Assembly: GCA_018896215.1 (NCBI GenBank)
Contig: JAHINB010000013.1
Span: 17,946-81,945 of the forward strand
Direction: 5' to 3'
Source of the DNA: Patescibacteria group bacterium
Lineage (GTDB): Bacteria > Patescibacteriota > WWE3 > 0-14-0-20-40-13
Length of the DNA: 64,000 nucleotides
Shown: positions 30,191 through 39,469 of the stretch, in pieces
Position numbering within the stretch: position 1 is the first letter of the stretch
How the letters are laid out: every line of letters starts with the position of its first letter
The notes under the pieces: model-generated
The model's database searches: none
Told to the model about the DNA's origin: nothing
What the model saw: only the letters and a program-made list of their open reading frames with translations
Made by a program: the position numbers and the translations under genes

Positions 30191-30625
30191 TTACTGTTTA
30201 ACTATTGCTTTTACCTGCCCTTCGTGCGGGTGCTTATCCCCAGCATAAATATATAAATTAGCCAACCACACTTTTCGCAGATTATTCCGCGGAAGCATTC
30301 CCGCCACCGCCCTTCTTAAAACCTCTCCGGGTCGGCGCTTTTGTAAATTTTTGTAAGTCTCCTCTTTTAGACCACCCATATAACCACTATGCCTAACATA
30401 GATTTTATCCTCTTCTTTGTTCCCGGTTACTTTTATTTTTAAAGCATTAACAACTACAATCTTGTCTCCCACAACCATATTTTTTACAAAATACGCCTTA
30501 TCCTTTCCCATAAGTATTTCTGCAATTTCGCAGGCTAATCTGCCCATAACCTTGTCTTTGGCATCTATTATCTGCCAATTGGTTTTTATGTCCGCTTTTT
30601 TTGTGGCGTAAGTCTTTTTGTTCAT
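30191..30625 (-). CDS. rplM: 50S protein uL13
   Basis: IDAKDKVMGRLA, HSGYMGGLK, GMLP. Confidence 0.97.
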   Translation of the reverse strand: MNKKTYATKKADIKTNWQIIDAKDKVMGRLACEIAEILMGKDKAYFVKNMVVGDKIVVVNALKIKVTGNKEEDKIYVRHSGYMGGLKEETYKNLQKRRPGEVLRRAVAGMLPRNNLRKVWLANLYIYAGDKHPHEGQVKAIVKQ

Positions 30626-31074
30626 TTGGCTTTGGTTTTAACTTTCTTGGATTTTGTACTTGTCTTTTTTGCCTCTATATCTCCCTTATTCTCCACCGGT
30701 TTTACTTTAGGCAACTGTATAGTAAAACTAATTTTTGCCAGCTCTGCGGCATCTCCCGCTCTTATTCTGGTTCTTTTTATGCTTAAAAAACCGCTTGTTT
30801 TATCTTTAAACAACGGAGTAATTTCGTTAAAGAGCTTTTTTGCCGCCTTGGTATTATTCCCCAGTTTTGCAATTATATATCTGTAAGAGGCAAGGTTGTT
30901 TTTCTTTGCCATTGACACTAGTCTTTCGAGCAATGGTCGCACGCTCTTAGCCTTGGCAACGGTAGTTTCTATGCTACCTTTGTCAATTAGACTTATCATT
31001 AAGTCGCGGTGCAAAGCCTTTCTTGCCCCACCCGACCTTCCTAGTTTTTTAACCTTTTTAACTTGGTGCTTCAT
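30622..31074 (-). CDS. rplQ: 50S protein bL17
   Basis: KLGR, IETTVAKAK, RAGDAA. Confidence 0.96.
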   Translation of the reverse strand: MKHQVKKVKKLGRSGGARKALHRDLMISLIDKGSIETTVAKAKSVRPLLERLVSMAKKNNLASYRYIIAKLGNNTKAAKKLFNEITPLFKDKTSGFLSIKRTRIRAGDAAELAKISFTIQLPKVKPVENKGDIEAKKTSTKSKKVKTKAK

Positions 31075-31083
31075 GGTACTTAC

Positions 31084-32013
31084 TTAGTCCTTTAACCCTT
31101 CCTTTTTAAGAAGTTTGGCTATTTCCTTAATGGATTTTTCTCCCAAATTTCTCACCTTTAGCAAATCTTCGTCGGTTAGTTTTCCTAAATCTTCCAAGGT
31201 CTTTACCTTTGCTTTCTTTAACGCGTTTATAGTGCGAGTTGGAAGCCTTAGCTCATCAACCAAAACATCACTCGGCTTGTATGATGGCGTAATTGTCTTA
31301 CCAGCATCCACAATAACTTCGTCTTTAAGAGACTGTTCTCCAGTTGCAACCCGCATAAAGAATTTTTGTAAAATGTCAGAAGCTTGCATTAAAGCCGTTT
31401 TTGGAGAAATTGTGCGATCTGTTTTTATGTCAATGGTTAGTCTATCTAATCCTGTTTTTTGCCCCATACGAGTTGGGGAAACAGAAAAGGCCACATTGGT
31501 AATAGGAGAAAAGATCGCGTCTAAAAGAATCACCCCAACCCGATTAGTCTTTTGCTCTTCCGACGGCACATAACCAAAACCCGACTCCACCAAAAGAGAC
31601 GCTTTAAACTTGGCATTTTTATCCGCAAGTGTTGCAATAACCAAATCGGGATTTGCTATAACAACTCCAGCGGGTAGCTTAATATCCGAAACTTTAACAA
31701 CCTTTGGTCCCGTCTCGTCTATTTCACAAACCGCAGATTCTTTGCCCGAAACTGCAATTTCTATCTTTTTAAAGTTAAGAGTAAGCTCGATTAAATCTTC
31801 TTTTACACCCTTTAGGTAGGAGAATTGATGAGACGCGCCGACAATTTCCGCTTGGGTAACCGCCCATCCTGGAAGAGAAGAGAGTAGCACCCTTCTTAAG
31901 GCATTTCCTAAAGTGTGACCGTACCCACTAGGCAAGGGCTCTATAGCGTAACTTCCCTTGTATTCGTTTTCTTGCAGGGTAATAATTTTTACATCTTCGG
32001 GTTCAAGTCTCAT
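31084..32013 (-). CDS. rpoA: RNA polymerase alpha subunit
   Basis: EPLPSGYGHTLGNALRRVLLSS, RNLGEKS. Confidence 0.98.
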   Translation of the reverse strand: MRLEPEDVKIITLQENEYKGSYAIEPLPSGYGHTLGNALRRVLLSSLPGWAVTQAEIVGASHQFSYLKGVKEDLIELTLNFKKIEIAVSGKESAVCEIDETGPKVVKVSDIKLPAGVVIANPDLVIATLADKNAKFKASLLVESGFGYVPSEEQKTNRVGVILLDAIFSPITNVAFSVSPTRMGQKTGLDRLTIDIKTDRTISPKTALMQASDILQKFFMRVATGEQSLKDEVIVDAGKTITPSYKPSDVLVDELRLPTRTINALKKAKVKTLEDLGKLTDEDLLKVRNLGEKSIKEIAKLLKKEGLKD

Positions 32014-32030
32014 AATAAAAGCTATAAAGC

Positions 32031-32068
32031 TAAGGGTTGGGGATATTAAAAAATATCAACCCCTTAGA
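32031..32068. other. Hairpin between rpsD and rpoA
   Basis: TAAGGGTTGGGGATATT...AATATCAACCCCTTA. Confidence 0.5.
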
Positions 32069-32069
32069 T

Positions 32070-32666
32070 TTACCTGCTATAAAACTCCACAATTAATTGT
32101 TCATTAATATCTTCTTTAATATCTTCTCTTTTGGGAACACCCAAGACCGTTATTTTGTTGGCAGATACTTTAACCCAAACCGCAGGTTCCTTATCGGAGT
32201 TTAAATTAAATTTCCAACCAGAGGGCGTTATCACATCTTTAGCGCAAACAGCAATTGACGGAATATTGACCTTTTTTCCATTAAGCAAAAAACGGCCTTC
32301 GGTAATTAGTTTTCTGGCTTGCGCTCGCGAGACAGCAACTCCAGAACGATAGATTGCATTATCCAATCGCCGTTCCAGTGTTTCTAAAAGATATTCTCCC
32401 GTAACCCCAACCTTTTTAGAAGCTGCTGTGTAATATCTTCTAAATTGGCGTTCTAAAATTCCATAGATCCTTTTTGTTTTTTGCTTTTCTCTAAGCTGGA
32501 TACCATATTCACTGGGCTTTCGCCTATATGCCATTCCATGAACCCCTGGAGCGCTAACCCTGCGGGTTAAGCCGCACTTTTCGGATTCACAACGGACACC
32601 TTTTAAAAAAAGTTTGCTTCCTTCTCTTCTACACAATCTGCATTTGGGACCGGTATATCTTGCCAT
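32070..32666 (-). CDS. rpsD: 30S protein uS4 (zinc-binding type)
   Basis: MARYTGPKCRLCRREG, QLREKQK, LERRLDN. Confidence 0.98.
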   Translation of the reverse strand: MARYTGPKCRLCRREGSKLFLKGVRCESEKCGLTRRVSAPGVHGMAYRRKPSEYGIQLREKQKTKRIYGILERQFRRYYTAASKKVGVTGEYLLETLERRLDNAIYRSGVAVSRAQARKLITEGRFLLNGKKVNIPSIAVCAKDVITPSGWKFNLNSDKEPAVWVKVSANKITVLGVPKREDIKEDINEQLIVEFYSR

Positions 32667-32678
32667 AAATTTATCTAG

Positions 32679-33047
32679 TTAAACTCTTCGGCGCTTTCTA
32701 GGTCTGCATCCATTATGAGGAATGGGAGTCATATCAGAAATTGAACTTACATTAATACCTGCGCTTCTAATAGATTTTATAGCGGAAATTCTACCCATTC
32801 CGGGACCTTTTACGGTTATAGCAACGCTTCTAACCCCCATATCGTAAGCCTTTTTACCTATATCAAAACCAACAACACCCGCTGCGTAGGGTGTGGATTT
32901 TCGAGCCCCTTTAAATTTGGATGTGCCGCCGGATCCCCAACAAATAACATTACCTTCGAGGCTAGAAACGGTAATTATGACATTATTGAATCCCGCAAAA
33001 ATACTAACCCGAGCTTTTTCCGAAATTACTTTTTTTGATTCTGCCAT
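32679..33047 (-). CDS. rpsK: 30S protein uS11
   Basis: RKSTPYAA, TPIPHNGCRP. Confidence 0.98.
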   Translation of the reverse strand: MAESKKVISEKARVSIFAGFNNVIITVSSLEGNVICWGSGGTSKFKGARKSTPYAAGVVGFDIGKKAYDMGVRSVAITVKGPGMGRISAIKSIRSAGINVSSISDMTPIPHNGCRPRKRRRV

Positions 33048-33433
33048 TATGTTTTGGTGAGAACTTTTTTCATGCCTCCAATAGTCTGCCTTTTTCCTCG
33101 TTTAGTTCTGGCGTTGGTTTTTGTACGCTGACCTCGCGCTGGGAGCTTTTTAAAATGCCTAATTCCTCTGTAACACTTAATGTCTGTTAATCTTTTTATA
33201 TTAGAGTAGACCACTCTCTTAAGCTCCCCTTCGAGCATAATCTTCATTCTTTCTATAGTGTCCCTAAGTCGCACAGTCTCATCTTCGGTTAAAGCGCTGA
33301 CCCGAGTATCGGGATTAATCTTTGCCATTTCGAGAATTTTTTTAGCTCGGGAGGCTCCCACACCATAAATATACGGCAACGCCGCTTCGATTCTTTTTTT
33401 ATTTGGAAGTTCTATTCCTACAATTCTCGCCAT
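33047..33433 (-). CDS. rpsM: 30S protein uS13
   Basis: MARIVG, RGQRTKTNARTKRG. Confidence 0.98.
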   Translation of the reverse strand: MARIVGIELPNKKRIEAALPYIYGVGASRAKKILEMAKINPDTRVSALTEDETVRLRDTIERMKIMLEGELKRVVYSNIKRLTDIKCYRGIRHFKKLPARGQRTKTNARTKRGKRQTIGGMKKVLTKT

Positions 33434-33435
33434 AA

Positions 33436-33552
33436 TTATCCCTGCCTTTGCTTATGCTTGGGATTTGCCTTGCAAATAACCCGCAAAACATTCTCCCTTT
33501 TAATAATTTTGCACTTATTGCAAATTTTTTTGATTGATGATCTAACTTTCAT
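33436..33552 (-). CDS. rpmJ: 50S protein bL36
   Basis: Manual translation [38 protein letters not shown]. Confidence 0.96.
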   Translation of the reverse strand: MKVRSSIKKICNKCKIIKRENVLRVICKANPKHKQRQG

Positions 33553-33617
33553 AACAAGATTCAAGAAAAAATACTAAAATATTTCGCGAAGCGAAAGCGT
33601 TACAAGCTTCGCTTATA
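33551..33617 (-). repeat. Structured attC-like element, copy E (fills the infA-rpmJ gap)
   Basis: TATAAGCGAAGCTTGTAACGC-TTTCGCTTCGCGAAA...TTTTCTTGAATCTTGTTATG. Confidence 0.85.
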
Positions 33618-33839
33618 TCATTTGATCCTAAAGACTATCCTCCCCTTGGTAGTATCGTATTTAGTCATTTCTACCCTAACCGTATCACCAGGTAAAATCC
33701 TAATATGATGCAGTCGCATCTTTCCCGAGACATGCGCCAAAATTGGCAACTCGTCCGTTTCAAATTTTACCTTAAACATGGTATTAGGTAGGGATTCCAA
33801 AACCACGCCTTCTCGAACTTCTATATCCTCTTTTTGCAT
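33618..33839 (-). CDS. infA: Translation initiation factor IF-1
   Basis: [23 protein letters not shown]. Confidence 0.97.
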   Translation of the reverse strand: MQKEDIEVREGVVLESLPNTMFKVKFETDELPILAHVSGKMRLHHIRILPGDTVRVEMTKYDTTKGRIVFRIK

Positions 33840-33888
33840 AAATAAATACAACCCCATAAAGGGCTCTGGGTATTAAAACAAAAAAAAC

Positions 33889-34635
33889 CTATCTAGTCAA
33901 TATCCTATAACCGTTCTCCGTTACTGCAACCATATCCTCTAACATTGCTGACAACTTACCGTCCTTTGTTTTAACTGTCCAGCCGTCACGAGAAACGGCA
34001 AGCTCTGGAGAGCCTGCTACATACATTACTTCTACACACAAAACCATTCCGCAAACAAGCGATACTCCAGAACTACATCTGCCAAAGCAAGGAATTTGTG
34101 GGTCTTCATGAAGCTCTTTTCCAATAGCGTGACCAGTAAGATCGCGAATAACATTATAGCCTGCTCTTTCGATAGTATTTTGGATTGTACAAGAAATATC
34201 TCCTACAAAATTTCCGGGTACAATAGCATTTATTGCTCTATCTAAAGCCAGCTGACCTATCTGCAAAAACTTTTTAGTTGCGGGATTTGGTTCCTGCCCT
34301 ACTACAATAGTCCGACACATGTCCGATTTCCAACCGCCAAATAAGGCGCCCATATCTAAAGATAATAGATCGCCTTTTTTAACCTTTCTTCCGCCCGGCA
34401 TTCCATGAACAACTTCATCGTTGATGCTAATGCAGGTAGAAAACTTGTAACCACCTTCACCAAGGAACGATGATTTGGCATGAAGCGATTTAAGTTGCGA
34501 AGAAACAAACTTGTCAATATTGGCTGTTTTAAGACCAGGGTGAATCCAACCTAAGGTTCTTTCCATCACCTTCTTGGCAATTTGGGCAGTAAGATAGATT
34601 TCTTCGATTTCTTGAGGGGTTTTAATGATTACCAT
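33889..34635 (-). CDS. map: Methionine aminopeptidase type I
   Basis: CISINDEVVHGMP, GHAIG.ELHEDP; start MVIIKT. Confidence 0.95.
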   Translation of the reverse strand: MVIIKTPQEIEEIYLTAQIAKKVMERTLGWIHPGLKTANIDKFVSSQLKSLHAKSSFLGEGGYKFSTCISINDEVVHGMPGGRKVKKGDLLSLDMGALFGGWKSDMCRTIVVGQEPNPATKKFLQIGQLALDRAINAIVPGNFVGDISCTIQNTIERAGYNVIRDLTGHAIGKELHEDPQIPCFGRCSSGVSLVCGMVLCVEVMYVAGSPELAVSRDGWTVKTKDGKLSAMLEDMVAVTENGYRILTR

Positions 34636-35161
34636 AAGATTTAATTTTGTCGGATATTTGACGGGCAATTTCTTCTACGCTGGGACTTCCATCAACCTCA
34701 AGTAATTTGTTTTGCTTTCTAAAAAAATCCAACACTGGTTCGGTTAGTTGGTGATAAACCAAAAGCCGTTCTTTGATGATCTCCGGCGTGTCGTCACCTC
34801 GTCCCCGTTCGTTTAACCTTTTGATGCATTCTTCGTCGGTTAATTTGATATAAATAGCAAGATCAATGGGAGTTGAGGAATGTTCGGCTTGATACAAATC
34901 TCTTGGGGCGCCGTCCAAGGCAAAACCTTTGTCTTTTAGCTTAGAAAGATGTAAATCTATAATCTCAACCGCATCTTGATTATTTACTAAATGACCCCGA
35001 TCCATGGCGGTTTCGACTCGCGCACCAAGCGGGGTGTTATCTTGCTTTAGTTTTCTAAAAATATCACCAGTAGAAAGGTGCAAAACTCCAAGACTTTTGG
35101 CTAAAATCTCGGCTTGAGTAGACTTACCACTCCCCGGCATTCCCATAATAACTATATTCAT
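34622..35161 (-). CDS. adk: Adenylate kinase (short-LID type)
   Basis: GMPGSGKSTQA, HLSTGDIFR, RGRGDD; TAAAAT 6 nt before ATG. Confidence 0.95.
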   Translation of the reverse strand: MNIVIMGMPGSGKSTQAEILAKSLGVLHLSTGDIFRKLKQDNTPLGARVETAMDRGHLVNNQDAVEIIDLHLSKLKDKGFALDGAPRDLYQAEHSSTPIDLAIYIKLTDEECIKRLNERGRGDDTPEIIKERLLVYHQLTEPVLDFFRKQNKLLEVDGSPSVEEIARQISDKIKSYGNH

Positions 35162-35219
35162 GAGTTGATTTTACCTCACAAACCGCTATTTACGAAACGG
35201 TATTTGCGCACCTATCAAT

Positions 35220-35250
35220 TCGGGTACTACCCGAATCGGGTAGTACCCGA
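35220..35250. repeat. Inverted doublet of GGG-N5-CCC palindrome
   Basis: TCGGGTACTACCCGA-A-TCGGGTAGTACCCGA. Confidence 0.85.
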
Positions 35251-35365
35251 TAATATCTTGCCACTAAAGGGTTCTTTTGAATACAGTGTTTCGTGTTGTT
35301 ATAGCAAGGAAAATTTACTATCAATTGCAACTGGATGCAGATGGAGTGGGGCACCTCTTAAACAA

Positions 35366-35432
35366 CAAAAAGAAAAAGAAAAGGCGCTGGAGTCTCTCAT
35401 GATACATCAAGAGAAAATACCCCCAGCACCTT
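35366..35432 (-). terminator. Long hairpin plus U-tract
   Basis: Minus strand AAGGTGCTGGGG...CTCCAGCGCCTT followed by TTCTTTTTCTTTTTG. Confidence 0.7.
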
Positions 35433-35454
35433 CCGCAACTTCCCCCCCACCGCA

Positions 35455-35818
35455 TCACTTGTTGGCATCGATACAATCGGAGAGGCTCTGCAAGAATGCC
35501 TTGGCGGATACATCGCCATATGGAAAACCCACGACATCGTATACGATGCGATGCCCCCCCCCCGATTTCAGCACGAAACACGGTACGCCACTCGTTAAGA
35601 CTCCCCATTCCTACCCGCAGAAAGATCACTCTGCGCCGTTTATCTTGTACAGCATGAGAGTAAGCTTCCACAGCCAAATGCAAGTGTCTGGGGTACAACA
35701 TAACGAGAACGATGTCGGCAGGTTCACCAATCTCATAATCATGAGCAAGGAGCAATTGCTCAATGATCCTGCGACCCTCGGGAACAAAGTCCTCGAACAG
35801 AAACAGTTTCTGCTTCAT
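35455..35818 (-). pseudogene. GC-rich receiver/flavodoxin-like gene frameshifted at a G10 tract
   Basis: SD AAAGGAGG then ATG 35818; G10 at 35554-35563. With G9 it gives a 120-aa ORF ending YDVVGFPYGDVSAKAFLQSLSDCIDANK* just before the terminator. Confidence 0.65.
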
Positions 35819-35879
35819 GGATTCCTCCTTTGTGAGATTCCTCACTGATTTGTAGAGATTCGAGGGGGTAAGTGAGGTT

Positions 35880-35890
35880 ATTATAACACA
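35880..35890 (-). promoter_or_regulatory. Extended -10 promoter of the GC-rich insert
   Basis: Minus strand TGTGTTATAAT. Confidence 0.65.
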
Positions 35891-35899
35891 AAAAGCGAT

Positions 35900-36166
35900 T
35901 TAAAACCCAAAATCTCCCATTTGACCTTGCATTTTGTGGGCGACCTTTTTTTGGGCTTCTTTAACCGCTTTATTAAAAGCCTCCTTGAGACGCACATCCA
36001 ACTCGCCATCTACCCAAACCTCTTGCACATGATTATCTCCCTGCATCACGACTTTGATTCCTTTCTCCTCCACCTCAACAACAATCGCTTCCATTTGCTT
36101 CTTCATCTCATCAGCCTTCTTTTTCATCTCATAAAGTTTTTTTACATTGCCAAATGGTAGTGCCAT
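35900..36166 (-). CDS. YbaB/EbfC nucleoid-associated protein
   Basis: KKADEMKKQM...GIKVVMQGD...AFNKAVKEAQKK pattern. Confidence 0.85.
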   Translation of the reverse strand: MALPFGNVKKLYEMKKKADEMKKQMEAIVVEVEEKGIKVVMQGDNHVQEVWVDGELDVRLKEAFNKAVKEAQKKVAHKMQGQMGDFGF

Positions 36167-36187
36167 GTTTTAATAATTAAAAACTCA

Positions 36188-37474
36188 CTAAATAATCTTA
36201 GCATCGTAATCGCGCATGATAAGTTGCGATTGGAGTGATTTTACCGTTTCTAATACCACAGATACAACAATTAAAATTCCTGCCCCCCCAACGGTAAGAG
36301 TGGCAATACCCGTGATGCTTTGAGCTACATTCGGCAGTACCGCAACTAACCCTAAAAACAATGCCCCAACCAAAGTGATTCTGGTTACCACCCGATTTAG
36401 ATAATCGGATGTTGGCTTTCCGGGCCTAATTCCTGGGATAAACCCACCCTGTTTTTTTAAGTTGTCTGCCACATCTTCGGGGTTAAAAGCTACCGCAGTG
36501 TAAAAATAGGTAAACGCAAAAACCAAAATAAAATAAAAAGCATTATATATCCAGCCCCCCATTTTAAAATAAACCGTAAGCACTCTGCCGATTTCCGCCA
36601 ATTGCGGACTCTTTGCCGAAACGAGAACATTGCCAAGAAAAGAAGGCAGTAACACTAAAGAGACCGCAAAGATGATGGGAATCATTCCCGCCATATTAAC
36701 TCGCAAAGGCAAAAAATTACTCCCCCCGCCATAAATTCGTCCCCCGCGCAACCTTTTGGCATATTGAACTTGAACATTTCGCGTCGCCTCATTGACAAAA
36801 ACCACGGCAGCAACAACGCCGATTGCCAAAGTAAAAATAATCGCAATATTTGTTATACCTTGTGAGCTTACTGTGGCAAGAGTTTGCCCAAAGGATCGCG
36901 GAAGCTTGGCCACAATTCCCGAGAAAATTATGATCGAAATGCCATTGCCAATCCCATATTCCGAAATTAATTCTCCCAACCACATTAAAAGGACACTCCC
37001 CCCTGTCATGGCAACAACCAAACGCAAAACATCGGCAGGTGACAAATTTCCAATAATCCCCTGTTTAGAAAGCAAAATAAACATTCCGTAAGATTGCATA
37101 GCGCACATGGGAATAGCAATAATTCTGGTGTACTGATTTATTTTTATTCTGCCAAATTCGCCCTCTTTGCTCATTTCTTCCAATTTTGGAAAAACCTTAG
37201 TAAAAAGTTGCATAATAATAGAGGCGTTAATATAGGGACCAAGACCTAAAGTAACCAACGAAAAGTTTTCCATACCACCACCAGTAAAGACATTTAAAAA
37301 GCCTAAAATTTGGCTAGAATTAAATAAATTTTGCAAGGCGGTAATATTTGCCCCCGGAATTGGAATATGAGCTAAAAAACGAAATACAAAAAGAATTCCA
37401 AAAGTAAAAAGGATTTTTCTTTTAAGATCTTTTTCACTAAATAAATCGCTAAATATCTTTAAGACCGAATTCAT
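36188..37474 (-). CDS. secY: Preprotein translocase SecY
   Basis: LGLGPYINASIIMQL, GIGNGIS, FIPGIRPG. Confidence 0.98.
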   Translation of the reverse strand: MNSVLKIFSDLFSEKDLKRKILFTFGILFVFRFLAHIPIPGANITALQNLFNSSQILGFLNVFTGGGMENFSLVTLGLGPYINASIIMQLFTKVFPKLEEMSKEGEFGRIKINQYTRIIAIPMCAMQSYGMFILLSKQGIIGNLSPADVLRLVVAMTGGSVLLMWLGELISEYGIGNGISIIIFSGIVAKLPRSFGQTLATVSSQGITNIAIIFTLAIGVVAAVVFVNEATRNVQVQYAKRLRGGRIYGGGSNFLPLRVNMAGMIPIIFAVSLVLLPSFLGNVLVSAKSPQLAEIGRVLTVYFKMGGWIYNAFYFILVFAFTYFYTAVAFNPEDVADNLKKQGGFIPGIRPGKPTSDYLNRVVTRITLVGALFLGLVAVLPNVAQSITGIATLTVGGAGILIVVSVVLETVKSLQSQLIMRDYDAKII

Positions 37475-37917
37475 GTGGCAGTTCCTCCAGCTTTAGTAAT
37501 TTTAGCAAGTGCCGATTTAGAATACAAAAACCCCCTAAAGTTAAGCTTTTCGGAAAATTCCCCATCTCCTAAAATCTTGGGCTTAAAGTATTTATTAGCC
37601 CGAATAACACTTTTTTTTACCAGCGTACTGGGAGTTATGGTTTCTCCCGCCTTAAAGCCTTTTAAACTTTTGAGATTTATTGTGGTAACTTTTTTAGATA
37701 CCGGAGAGTTGCCTTTTCCTCTTTTTTGGGGCATGCGCTTAATAATTGCTATTTGCCCACCTTCGAAAAAAGACGGGATATTATGCCCCGATCTTGCCTT
37801 TTGTCCTTTGTTTCCCCGTCCCGATGTATGTCCCCCCTTTCCTGAACCAATTCCCCTCCCCACCCTTTTAGCACTTCTCCTGCTACCTTTTAATTTTGGT
37901 AAGTTGCTTAAATTCAT
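37471..37917 (-). CDS. rplO: 50S protein uL15
   Basis: RVGRGIGSG, GRGNKGQKARSG, FEGGQ. Confidence 0.97.
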   Translation of the reverse strand: MNLSNLPKLKGSRRSAKRVGRGIGSGKGGHTSGRGNKGQKARSGHNIPSFFEGGQIAIIKRMPQKRGKGNSPVSKKVTTINLKSLKGFKAGETITPSTLVKKSVIRANKYFKPKILGDGEFSEKLNFRGFLYSKSALAKITKAGGTAT

Positions 37918-38405
37918 ACTCTTTGTGATTTAAGGCTTTTTAAAGCCTTAATAACGGCATAAACATTGTTTAACTTGTTGTTTGAGCCAAGCATTTTTGA
38001 CGAAACATTTTTAATACCCGCAACCTCCAACACTTTGCGTACAGCTCCCCCAGCAATAATTCCCGCGCCGTCTGGAGCCGGCTTAATAAATACCTGACAG
38101 GCGCTGTATTTTGCCCAAACTTCATGAGGAATTGTTCCTTGACGAACCGGCACTGTAAACATTTTTCTTCTAGCACCACTGGTAGCTTTGGCAATAGCAG
38201 ACGCGGTATCACCCGCTTTTCCCAAAGAAATCCCAATTGATCCTTCTTTGTTCCCTACAACTGCTAAAACCGAAAAGGCAATTTTATTACCACCCTTGGT
38301 TTTTTTAGCTACCCTTTTTATTTCGATAATTTTTTCTTCAAAACTGTCCTTTGGGGTTCTTGCGCCATAAGCGTTTTTTCTTGTTCTTTCGTTTTGTTTT
38401 TGCAT
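37914..38405 (-). CDS. rpsE: 30S protein uS5
   Basis: RVAKKTKGG, KPAPDGAGIIAGG; overlaps rplO with no rpmD between. Confidence 0.97.
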   Translation of the reverse strand: MQKQNERTRKNAYGARTPKDSFEEKIIEIKRVAKKTKGGNKIAFSVLAVVGNKEGSIGISLGKAGDTASAIAKATSGARRKMFTVPVRQGTIPHEVWAKYSACQVFIKPAPDGAGIIAGGAVRKVLEVAGIKNVSSKMLGSNNKLNNVYAVIKALKSLKSQRV

Positions 38406-38409
38406 AATA

Positions 38410-38757
38410 CTAGAAAACTAATTTATTTTCCCTCGCCCCTTCGGCAACCGCTTTTACTCTACCATGATACTTATAACCCGAACGATCAAAAACCACTTTC
38501 TTAATCTTGGCATCAAGCGCTTTTTTTGCTACAGCTTTACCTACTTCGTAAGCCCTTTTGGTCTTTTTAGTTTTTGCATCCATCTTTAGATCGGAGCTTG
38601 CAACCAAAGTTACACCTTTTTCATCGTTTACTATTTGAGCATAAATATGCTTATGGGACCTAAAAACGCTTAGTCTAGGTCGTTCTTTGGTTCCTACTAC
38701 TTTTGCTCTAATTTTAGCTTTTATCCTCTCGCGAGGGCTTTTGTGTGTCACTTTCAT
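38410..38757 (-). CDS. rplR: 50S protein uL18
   Basis: [23 protein letters not shown]. Confidence 0.97.
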   Translation of the reverse strand: MKVTHKSPRERIKAKIRAKVVGTKERPRLSVFRSHKHIYAQIVNDEKGVTLVASSDLKMDAKTKKTKRAYEVGKAVAKKALDAKIKKVVFDRSGYKYHGRVKAVAEGARENKLVF

Positions 38758-38766
38758 ATATTTATA

Positions 38767-38902
38767 TACAAGCTTCGCTTATAACAAGATTTAAGAACAA
38801 ATACTAAAATGTTTCGCGTCAGCGAAAGCGTTACAAGCTCTGCTTATAGCGAAAGCGTTACAAGCTCTGCTTATAGCGAAAGCGTTACAAGCTCTGCTTA
38901 TA
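38767..38902 (-). repeat. Structured attC-like element, copy F, with three exact 27-bp tandem units
   Basis: AGCGAAAGCGTTACAAGCTCTGCTTAT at 38821, 38848 and 38875; core ATAACAAGATTTAAG at 38781. Confidence 0.9.
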
Positions 38903-38909
38903 ATGATCT

Positions 38910-39464
38910 CTAAGTTTTACCGGACGCCCCGGCTTTTCCGGCTTTACCAGCTTTTCTTCTGATAATTTCTCCTTGGTACTTAATTCCTTTGCCTTTGTAA
39001 GGCTCTGGCTTTCTAACTTTTCTAATTAACGCGCTAAACTGCCCTACTTGTTGCTTATCACAACCGCTAACTTTAATCTTAACATCGTCAGAAACTTCTA
39101 CCTTTAACCCTTGGGGAATTTCCATTTTTACCGGATGAGAATACCCAACTGTTAAAACAAGTGTGTTGCCTTCTATTTTTGACCTAAAGCCAACTCCCGA
39201 GAGCTCTAACTTACGAAAAAACCCGTTAGAGACCCCCGTAACCATATTGGCAATTAATGCCCGCTCCAACCCCCAGTAGGCATTTTCCGTTTCTCCATCC
39301 TTTAGATAAACCTCAATTTCATTTTTATTGATCTTTAAACCCACCTCGGGTCGAACAACCCTTGTTAGGGTACCACTAGATCCCACAACTGTCACTAAAT
39401 CGCCAACGCAGGTTACTGTTACCCCCGCAGGAATATCAATTGGCATTTTGCCTATTTTACTCAT
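38910..39464 (-). CDS. rplF: 50S protein uL6
   Basis: MSKIGK, GYSHP, PEPYKGKGIKY. Confidence 0.98.
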   Translation of the reverse strand: MSKIGKMPIDIPAGVTVTCVGDLVTVVGSSGTLTRVVRPEVGLKINKNEIEVYLKDGETENAYWGLERALIANMVTGVSNGFFRKLELSGVGFRSKIEGNTLVLTVGYSHPVKMEIPQGLKVEVSDDVKIKVSGCDKQQVGQFSALIRKVRKPEPYKGKGIKYQGEIIRRKAGKAGKAGASGKT

Positions 39465-39469
39465 AGTAA

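Noticed and set aside
35114-35848. 244-aa plus-strand ORF
   Set aside because: It is the antisense shadow of the minus-strand gene, which has the promoter, SD and terminator, and it overlaps adk.
37914-37917. Missing rpmD (uL30) between rpsE and rplO
   Set aside because: Real, but a known CPR trait; used only as a taxonomic clue.
38821-38901. Possible CRISPR array (three 27-bp repeats)
   Set aside because: The units are contiguous with no spacers, no cas genes are nearby, and the unit is part of the dispersed element.
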